Origin: Paramecium tetraurelia | Lineage: Eukaryota | Assembly (NCBI GenBank): GCA_000165425.1 | Contig: CT868596.1 | Span: 1 to 64,000, forward strand | Reading direction: 5' to 3' | DNA length: 64,000 bases | Shown: positions 54,683 to 64,000 of the stretch, in pieces | How positions within the stretch are numbered: position 1 is the stretch's first letter | Layout: every line of letters starts with the position of its first letter | The notes under the pieces: model-generated | Databases searched by the model: none | What the model was told of the DNA's origin: nothing | What the model saw: the letters and a program-made list of their open reading frames with translations, nothing else | Position numbers and translations under genes: made by a program

Positions 54683-55094
54683 CTTTACGGAATTATTAAA
54701 TATCAAAATTTTATTAAGACATAATTGCCTACACATTAACTCTGTTATTTTAAATTTACAAATATTTTATTAGAAAACATAATAACCAAGTGCATGTCGC
54801 TTAAAAAATTAATATTTCATTTATAGTTTCTCTTGCTTTTCCATTCAATTCAATCCTTTTTATTGCTCCAATTAAATCCAATAATGAATTTAACTAAAAG
54901 CATTCTATTTTTTACCCCACTCCCAATTAACATGTCTCTACTATCCATTTTTATTATTAATTCTGCCATTGATACCAAACTTTTAGTAATCATTTTCTAA
55001 TCTCCTATTGTGACTTATAAAAACTTTAGTTGAATATCTGATTTTATTGTATATTTTTTGTAATAATTTTTCTAATAAAATATATTTTGTACAC

Positions 55095-55779
55095 ATGACC
55101 GAGGAATAGTGTGATTATGTATTCAAATTCATCATAATTGGCAATGGTAATTGTGGGAAAACTAGTCTACTTTATCATTACACTCATGGAAAATGTAATT
55201 TATATCATGACTTAAGCAATTACAAATGTTAAGCAGACATTGGGTGTTGAATTTTCTGCCAAGATAATTTAAGTGAAGCAAAAGAAAATTAAGATGCAAC
55301 TATGGGATACTGCTGGCTAAGAGAGGTATAGATCTTTGACCAAGGGCTACTACAGAGGAGCCTTGGGATCTTTGATAGTGTTTGATGTTACTAAGTACAA
55401 ATATACAGTAAATTAGTTCAGACTCTTTTGAGGCTCTTAAAGAGTGGATCAAATGTGCCAGGGATTTCTCGAAACCATCAATCTAAATAATTATCATAGG
55501 AAATAAAATCGATCTAGAAAAAGAAAGGTAAAATTACATTTATCATATAGAGTGATTTCTGAATAATGTGCTAAATAATTCTGCTAGGAAAACGATGTAT
55601 TGTACATAGAAACTAGTGCAAACACTGGCTATTAAGTCAATGAGGCATTTACTCAAATTACAATCAAACTTCTAGACTTGTTGTAGTAAGGAGTCATTGA
55701 TGGAGGTATGATCAAGCCAAAATTCCTTACAACAAAATAACCAGATGAAAAAGAAAAATAATAACAATGCAATTGTTGA
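55095..55779 (+). CDS. Rab GTPase of the Rab2/4/14 group (Rab4-like)
   Basis: GNGNCGKT, TLGVEF, WDTAGQERYRS, GNKID, ETSA and C-terminal CNC prenylation motif; three small introns. Confidence 0.93.
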
Positions 55780-55901
55780 CCACTTGTTTTTATTAGTTTA
55801 TAACAGTAATTATAAGAAATAAAATTATTTTATTTAAAAAATTCTTAATGTTTCTTTTATATATAATTATATATATATATATATCATAAATGATAACCTC
55901 C

Positions 55902-56711
55902 TCACAGGTTCTCAACGTTACCACCTTCGTCATCAAGTTCTGAGGTCCATAATGTCAAGTTATCTCTAATTAATTACATGATGGTTGTTGCATCTTTGTA
56001 TTGATCTTCTTAAATTTATTCAATGTCTGCAATAGCATCATCGAAAGCCTAGAAATGATTAATTAAGATTCGTTACTGATTTAGCTAATTAACATGCCTT
56101 GGCAGCATCATTCAAGACTTCATAATAGAAAACTGAGAAATTCAAAGCGAGTCCTAATCTGATTGGATTTGTGGTTTTTAATTCTGAATTAGCAACATTG
56201 GAAGCGGCTTGGTAAGCGGCAAGGGCACCATCAGCGGCTTTCTTGTGTTAGTCACCGGAGGCGTATTCAGAAATGTATCTGTGATAATCTCCCTTCATCT
56301 TGTGGAAGAAGACTTTGGCTTCAGGTGTTGAAGCAGTTTTGACCAAATGGCTGTCGATCAAATTGAGGATATCGTGACAATATTGATTCAATTCTTCTTC
56401 AATCTTTTTCTTGTAGCTTCTGATCAAGACAAGATTTTTTTATGAGGCTGGTTGGGATTGAGCCTAAAATTTAAATTTTTTTTTTTACTTTTCCTTCTTC
56501 CTTGTTTTCAATGCTGGACAAGACTCTCCAAGCTGTTCTTCTTCCACCGATGCTATTTTTGTAAGCGACGGAACAGAAGGTTTCTCTCTTCGATTGACAA
56601 CTCTTATCCATTTTGAACCACTTGTTTGATGTAATTGACCATATCTTCGAATCTCTCTGTTTTATTCAGTCCAATTTGGTCATATAGATGAGTTCTTCCC
56701 CTGGTGCTCAT
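55902..56711 (-). CDS. 14-3-3 protein (four apparent 1-nt insertions in exon 1 as given)
   Basis: [78 protein letters not shown]; one intron near 56465-56488. Confidence 0.92.
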
Positions 56712-56998
56712 TTAGATATTTTAAAAATTTAAATTCTTATTTGTTTCCAAAATCAAAGATCACCCTTAAATATAGCAAAATACAATATATTCAATAAATC
56801 TAAATTTATTTAAATATATAAAAGTACGAAGTATTATATTTTATATATATTATACAACTTCCAAAACTCATTTCTATTCCATTCATTCATCAATTCCCAA
56901 TTCTCCTTCCTTAGTTGGTCTCAATACTCCTTCTCAACTCTAAACAAGAAACTCAAGAGTATTAAAAAATTTTGAAAATTGAAAATTTGAATTTAAAA

Positions 56999-57298
56999 TC
57001 AATTTATATATTTTATAACAATACACCTCCATGAATTCATCATACTCATCATCAACACACTTATTTTATCATGTCCTTCGACAAGTAATGATATTTTTCT
57101 GCAAAAATCCATTAATGATTGTTCATTTTTTTCAAAATTATTATTTTCAATTTCATTCCTTCCTATTGCCTCATGGATTACTGATAGCAAGTATTTCAGC
57201 AAATGAGGTAAGCCTAATCTTAAACTATGTACATCCATTGACTAGTAATTTTAGTATGTATGATTAGATGAATTCTTATCCACTATGGATTTGAACAT
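56999..57298 (-). CDS. Possible small hypothetical protein or gene relic (99 aa)
   Basis: Open table-6 frame MFKSIVDKNSS...IKYIN*; no recognisable motif. Confidence 0.25.
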
Positions 57299-58271
57299 TC
57301 CAAGTCAAAGCTTGAATGATTAGTTTCAAATTTTTATTAGTATTAGATTCTCAAGATTTAACACACTCTAACTTTTGATACTCCTGATATGAGAGAAAAT
57401 GGTTTAAGATTTCTAAATAAAATTTGCAAATATATCTCTTATATTGCTAACATGTATTGGTTTAACAAAATTGATAGATGAACACATTTGTATTTAAATT
57501 AAAATAAAAATTGTGATAGGCTATTATGATTATTCATCATAACACTAAATATTAATAATTTCTTCTAATTTAAAATTTATATTAGAAAAGTATTTAAAGA
57601 AATTAACCAATACTCTTTTGAAAATATAGACATTTGAAGTCAATTGATATAATTTTGAGAGTCCTTAGTATAGTATATTTATTTATCAACAATAATTGAA
57701 AACATTTGCACCAATGAAGGAAATTAATATATTCTAAATTCGTATATACAAGGATAACGAATTAAATTATATGTTTGAAAAAAAATAAAACTTGGGTGAA
57801 CAAATAATTATTTTTAACATATGATAAGACTAGATTTTGAATTAATCATTTAATAGTGATGATTGTTTATAGAGATTTAATACCTGAAAATAAGAATGAT
57901 TATTAGTTTAAGGGATGCTGTTTTAACAATATCTTTGATATTTACATATAATCATATTATGGATATCCAATTTCAATAGCTTAGGAGATCATCTATAGAT
58001 GGAGAGAATAAAATAAGAGTGAGATTTAGCGCTAAATATTTTAGAATTAATTTAGTGATTTGAATAGTTATTATATTAAGGGAAATAATTCTAAAATAGT
58101 AAGCAAAACAGTAATAATGACCAAATGTGAATAATTATTAGAGAATAAGTAAAATTATTTAAGAATTCAACAATTCTAATTATAAATTCTGATGATGTTG
58201 GATTATGCTATTTATAGTTTTCACCTTCATAGAAATGATATAATTTGATATGCTTATTATTAAATTTTATT

Positions 58272-59434
58272 ATGTTATCAATTTAGAAAGTAAATATTGC
58301 CACTCTCTATAACAGAAATGAAGAGTACAAATCATGCAATCGTGAGACTGATAGAGAAGATCGTTCAAAAATTTGTATATCTATATGTAAATGTTAGAAA
58401 AGTTTAAGGAAATATTGCATTAAAATATTATTCCTATCAATGAACTGCTTCATCTAGCTTGGTCAGGTGTGCCGAGTGAACTCAGAAGCACGGTTTGGAG
58501 ACTATTACTCAAATATTAATCCCCAAATAGGGATGCCAATGTAATTTGGATAATAGACTTAGTTAGTTTGCAATCATAGAGCGAAAAAGAAACATGTACT
58601 TTGAAATGTGTGATATATATTTTGCCAAGAATCAGCAATATGATGATAGAGAGAAAAAGATTTTAAAATAAATCTCAGAAGATGTTAAGCGAACAATACC
58701 AGACTCTTCAGTGTTTAGAAATCCTTAAATTTAAACTTTGTTGGAGAGGATCCTTTTTATTTGGAATATACGAAATCCTGCCTGTGGGTATGTGTAAGGA
58801 ATGAATGACATTGTCACTCCTTTCTTAATCGTATTCTTGTCTGACTATGTTGATATTGACACTACTAAATTGCAATTCACTAATGAAAAACAACTAGATC
58901 ATCTAGATTAAAGGTTGATCAAATAAGTTGAGGCTGACTCTTATTGGTGTCTATGTAAATTATTAGAAACCGTTCTTGATAACTATACTAATTCACAACC
59001 AGGGTTGGTTCGTTTCTATAATAAATTTAAGGAGATTTTGTCAGCCTTGGATAAAAAGCTTTATGAACATCTTACTACCTCACTATGTAATTATACATTT
59101 TAATAATAGCAATGGAGTTATATGCATTTATCTTTAAATGGAGTACATGTATGTTATTAAGGATGTTTCAATTTGAAGTTGGGTTAAGATTATTTGATAC
59201 TTTATTAGCAGAGGAACAAAGTAACTGTTTATATTAATAATAGACTATTTTGAATTGTGCCTCTTCATAATTATTTCTATTTTAATGAAATTTTCTCTTA
59301 AAATTTAGAAATTATAATATGATGAAATAATGATCCTTCTTGAAAAGTTACCTACAAGAGAATGGTCAGAATCTGATTTGAGTCTTTGTTTATCAGAGGC
59401 TTATGCTTACTAAAGGATTTTTTCTAAGAAATGA
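58272..59434 (+). CDS. TBC-domain RabGAP, Gyp1/TBC1D22-like
   Basis: LAWSGVPSELRSTVWRLLL, QISEDVKRT (Arg finger), ACGYVQGMNDIVTPF (Gln finger), VEADSYWCL, DNYTNSQPG; four small introns. Confidence 0.92.
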
Positions 59435-59766
59435 ATATATCCTAAATCTTAACATTATAAGTTAATTAAAATTGTTTCTATTATTATTAATATAAAAATT
59501 TAATCTAATTGAAACAGTTATTCAATAATATTAAATAAGCAGGATAAATTATCTGTTAGATGAAGTAGCAACTTTCAATTCATGAAATTTAATTCAACAA
59601 TAAAAAGAGTTCTTTTTAATGATTATTTATTTCATATTTTAAAAGCCTTTATGATTGTTTTTCTAATGAAGAACTATTTTAATATCATTAAAAAATGAGA
59701 TTTTTATTACAATAACCATTGTTCTAAATATAATTCATGTAAAAATTAATTAATAAATAAAAATTT

Positions 59767-60675
59767 TCATTGTTGCAATTTAATAGTCTAAATTTAAGAA
59801 TCTGATTTTAGAAACTCGTTTGAAAATTAAGATTGATTTCCTCTATTTAGTAAGATGTTTTATTAAAGTAATCCAAACACGCATAGGATCAGAGTTTTAT
59901 TATAATGATGTTTTGCCAAAATTTGTTATCTCACTCTCACTCTTTTTAAGGATGTCCACAATTTCCAAAATTCAAATAATTTCTTTGTTCTTAAGTATGT
60001 ATAAAACCTTTTTGCTCTTTTCTCTCTTACATGTCCCTTCCAAACTTTAAAAGCTCTTATTAAAGTAGGTGAAATTGGTTATATTCTACGCCATTTTAAA
60101 AAGTATTGCTTCATAAAAATTAGTTGTAGTGCTCTTTTCTTCTATTTAGCGATGAGACTCCATTAAAATAGAATTTATTTTAATAGAAAATGTTAAATGT
60201 GAGCATATAAGGCATCAGCTATTCTTTGAAATTGCTCTTTTGAAACTTGTCTATTATAATTCAAAATGAATGATCTGAAGATATTTTTCTTGAAATTCCG
60301 AATTCTGGTCTTACAAAAATAGATTGTCTTGCCAACCTATGTTAACTCTTTTAAAATTTTTTAAAATCTCCTATTTTCTAATGCTAATGCCATGTTTTCC
60401 AATCTTTAATGAGAGAATGATTCGATTACTGAAATTTGGTCTTAGAACAAAGAGTTTTTGATATCTGTAAAATCTCTGTAGCTCTATTCCACTTTTGGTA
60501 TTTTGATTGATTATAGTAAACAAGATCTATTTGGTGTTTTAATGAATTTAAAGTATTTGGGTTTTGGATGCAATTGACTTTCATAATACCTTAATTTGGC
60601 TTTTCGATCAATAGCAAGTTATTACTCTAGTTCTTGTTCATATTGCTATCTCAATTGTTTACTTTATTATAACAT
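59767..60675 (-). CDS. Sfi1-like repeat (putative centrin-binding) protein, 302 aa
   Basis: Intronless ORF with repeated F/L-x-x-W motifs: LLKQILFQW, FMKQYFLKW, LIRAFKVW, AKRFYTYLRTKKLFEFW. Confidence 0.7.
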
Positions 60676-60869
60676 AAATAAAATATCAAATAATTTTAAT
60701 CACACCCAATAATTAATAACACTAACATTTGATAAAATATGTATTATGGAGATGAAGAGTTGATATGAATAGGCAGGTATTGAATATAGAATTATTGTAT
60801 TTAATAACATAAAATATATATATAATGATACAATAACAATTACTCAAAATTACTAGTCTAATTACAAAC

Positions 60870-62132
60870 TCATTGCAAACTGATCAATCTTGCGAACTAT
60901 GTTGCCAAATGACTGTCATCTAAGAATATCTGCATAAAATTCTTGGCATTAAAGCCGTCTTAATATAAATTTGATAAGTCCTTGCATCCTCTTTCAGACA
61001 TAACAACAACATTTATTTTCATGTTGTAAGATGGGTTGACTAAATTGTTGAAGCTAAGATGCAAGAGAAACTACTGAATTGAAGAAAAAAGGTCGTCTTC
61101 ATTATTCGCTATAAGATCAGTCTTATTTTCTTTGTGTGATATGTCCCATCCTTAATCGATGTAAGCCAGTAAGTGCTGTAACTACAAGAAACTTAAATTT
61201 AATGATTCTGATAAAGGGATTTACAAGGTTTGCATTAAAATCACAGTAACATTTGTTTCCAAGGCTGTCGGCATTTTCTTAACTCTAACAAATAATAAAT
61301 ATCGATACATTAAGGTGGATAAACGATGAGCAAAGAAGAGCATTTCTCCTAACCCAATAATGTTGATAGTCTTGGTATTTTCTGATAAATATGGTTTAAT
61401 AAAATCATGGACTCTTTCTATATATCTAAATTCCTCATCAACTGAATCTGAGACTTCTTAGACTTATAACACTTCTGTATAAGGCGTTGAAAACACAAAA
61501 AGTGTGGCATTCAATTATTAAGCCAATTCTGGTAATTTAATGTGTTAGTAGAAATAATTAAACGATTAACCAAGTGGAGGGAATATGATGTAGAGATTTT
61601 CATATAGATGGGTGTGAATTTCAACTTAGAATAATTGATTTATTCGTAATTCTGTTCCCAAATCAACTATTGAGTAATTATATAAATTAAGTAAATCCGC
61701 TGTTGTATTGATACAAACATTATCAATGGACACACAATCTTCAACACAAATATTTTCTTTCAGTTTATATGGATGAGTGCATTAAATACATCTCTATTTG
61801 TATTCATGATAACAATATTCACAATTTTGGGAACAACTCATACAACTGAATTAGCTAGTGTCAAATGATGTATTCAAGGGACATAATAATTCTGAACGAT
61901 TATTGGGATTATGGAAGGGCAAGATGTTTGGTTTTTTATCTTCTCTTGATTTCTTAGCTAACTAGCCCATGAAGATCAACGAGGAGACGGCTGTAAAGAG
62001 AGCGAAAACGCCCAAATTTATCAACACCTTGCTGTTTTATTGTTTGTGTTATTTCCTATCTTCAGGATCATCGCAGATTTGATGGTGCTCAGTGTTTATA
62101 TTGAAGTATTCTTCCTCCTCTTCTTCGGACAT
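60870..62132 (-). CDS. Type II membrane protein with furin-like Cys-rich segment
   Basis: Acidic N-terminus, single TM (VLINLGVFALFTAVSSLIFMG), then CPLNTSFD..CMSCSQNCEYC..CIQC..CVEDC; one small intron. Confidence 0.7.
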
Positions 62133-62195
62133 TTTAATTTATATATATATTGTTTTTAGAGCTATTAAATTACGAAAAGTAAATATAATTAAAAA

Positions 62196-63277
62196 ATGTC
62201 AATATAAAGAGAATGGTAGAAATTTGTGAGGCCACCGAGATATAATTATAGTTACTTTGATCTAGGTAGTTTATTTCTTATTAGCAGGGTTAGGTCCTGA
62301 ATGCATTTAACTACCTCAAGGTTACTTACGCAAACATGAGAGGATTATTACTAATCGTTAAAATTGCAAATTAGAAATGTCATTCTTTGAATTGAACCCC
62401 AAAACTTCGAATTGCATTGTTTATTGCCATGGTTATAATGGATGTAGAATAGAAGGCATTAAGTACGCTTCAATTGTCGCCTAGTATGGCTTCAATTTTT
62501 GTGCATTCGATTTCTAAGCATGTGGTCATTCCGAAGGGGATTTCATTACTTTTGGGTACTATTCCTATAAAATTTAATAGACATCTGGAGAAGGATGACA
62601 TCACTTCTATATTGTAGGAATTGGAATTAAATTTCTAGCAGAAGCAATTCATTTTATGGGGAAGATCTTTGGGAGCAACTACCATTCAATTGAAGGAATA
62701 ACCGAATGTGAAGGGATTGGTTTTGGATAGTTGTTTCACAAACTTCAATAAATTGGCGATTAGCATAATCCAGAAACAAACTCGATTGCCAAAATTCATC
62801 ATCAAGGCTATCATCTTCTTAACCAAAGGGTCGATAGAAGAGGAGGCAGGATTTCAATTGAATGATATCCAAGTGCATTGCAATTCCAACATGCCTACAC
62901 TCTACATTTGTAGCGATAAGGATTCACTTATAAAGGCTAAAAATAGTTTGAAATTGTATAAGCAACACAAAGGAATCAAAAAGTTGATCAAAGTGGATGG
63001 GGAACACAATGATTCTCGACCTCTGGAGATCATCCAACAAATTTGTTCATGGTGCAAGGACAGAGTGCAAATGCAATAAAACAATTATATTCAATACAAT
63101 TCAGTCCCTCAAGTGGCTAGATTGCCATTGGAGTTGATTTACGATTCTAATATTTAGAGTGGGATGTAATCTTCGTACAATAGGATTCCCAAGAATCCAG
63201 CTATCAAATTAAAAAATCAAATAAGTATTTAGTTAAGAACAAGCTGTAGAAATTTACACAGCGCAGTCTAATACTGA
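62196..63277 (+). CDS. Alpha/beta hydrolase (ABHD/YqkD-like serine hydrolase)
   Basis: RPPRY, CIVYCHG, FDFQACGHSEG, nucleophile elbow WGRSLG, candidate Asp (DKDSLI) and His (GEHND). Confidence 0.9.
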
Positions 63278-63346
63278 ATTTATATTTATATATATAGATA
63301 TTTAAGTCTTAGAAAATATAATAAATTGGTAATTTCATTATTAAAA

Positions 63347-63630
63347 ATGGAATTTATAAATGAAGGAGTTGAATGGTTTGAAATTCATTCCACAATCTGG
63401 GCAAATGATGTAGCATGTATGTTAAATGGCTAAAATAAGTGTTGAAAGACAATTATATTATGGGCTTTAAGGGAAAGCATAGACGTATAGCTTTGGGCAG
63501 TTCAATTGGGTTATTGATGCTCACTCAATTGGCTTAACGAAATCCTGTAGGAGCTTTACGTGTGGGTGCTTTCGCCTTTCCTGTACTCAGCTATGTGATA
63601 TGTCCTGAGATATACAATTCCTTATTATGA
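63347..63630 (+). CDS. Small membrane protein (~86 aa)
   Basis: MEFINEGVEWFE... with a 23-nt intron; two hydrophobic stretches; ends ICPEIYNSLL*. Confidence 0.7.
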
Positions 63631-63651
63631 TATACGTGTAAAATAATTAAA

Positions 63652-64000
63652 ATGTTCGTAAAATTTGAGAGACATTCAGATCGTGTCAAAAGTGTTTCCT
63701 TTCACCCTCATCGTCCCTGGGTTTTGAGTGCACTTCACTCTGGAATCATAGAATTGATCGATTATCGAATTAAGAAAAGAATAGCTACTTACGATGATCA
63801 TAAGGGTGCTGTTCGATCAGTCTAATTTCATCCACAACTCAACTTATTTTGTTCAGGAGGAGATGATTTTACAGTTCGAGTTTGGAATTTTAAATAATGC
63901 CAATTCATATTAAAAGGACACTTGGATTATGTGAGATGCGTGACATTCCATCCAATAAATCCTTGGGTGTTATCAGGTTCCGATGATCAAACAGCAAGAG
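63652..64000 (+). CDS. COPA: Coatomer subunit alpha (alpha-COP), 5' part; runs off the window
   Basis: [31 protein letters not shown]...[14 protein letters not shown]...[28 protein letters not shown]40 repeats. Confidence 0.95.

Noticed and set aside
55868..55884. (AT)n run between the convergent Rab and 14-3-3 genes
   Set aside because: Short microsatellite typical of AT-rich spacers; no evidence of function.
1..64000. Abundant in-frame TAA/TAG suggesting mass pseudogenisation or phage-style recoding; also retained IESs, telomeric repeats and transposons
   Set aside because: TAA/TAG are explained by the ciliate nuclear code. I saw no C4A2/C3A3 telomeric tracts, DDE transposase or reverse-transcriptase motifs, or clear TA-bounded insertions interrupting conserved genes, although short IESs cannot be excluded by eye.

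Overview
This is eukaryotic, very AT-rich, gene-dense DNA from a ciliate, almost certainly a Paramecium macronuclear chromosome. TAA/TAG encode Gln, TGA is the only stop, and introns are tiny (about 20-32 nt, GT...AG). The supplied ORF track reads TAA/TAG as stops, so it is fragmented or spurious. Re-reading by hand with translation table 6 gives about 27 protein genes. These include an LRR protein, a CTL/SLC44 transporter, a large Cys-rich membrane protein with a 21-bp minisatellite, two RING proteins, VAC14, two PAS/TmcB-like polytopic proteins, an F-box-like protein, NHP2 and a thioredoxin-fold CxxC protein with a mitochondrial-type leader. Further along are S1P lyase, a PHD+SP-RING SUMO ligase, a ~2,000-aa TPR protein, a Rab, 14-3-3, a Gyp1/TBC1D22-type RabGAP, an Sfi1-repeat protein, an alpha/beta hydrolase and the start of alpha-COP. 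Several decaying gene relics are present; the clearest is an internally deleted V-ATPase subunit E pseudogene. I saw no rRNA, tRNA, CRISPR, telomeric repeat or recognisable transposon. No single new multi-gene system is evident. The best leads are the putative mitochondrial intermembrane-space CxxC oxidoreductase, the PAS sensor proteins, the overlapping or ultra-compact gene junctions, and the frameshifted and pseudogenised loci. Coordinates were read manually and span introns; start codons are best guesses.
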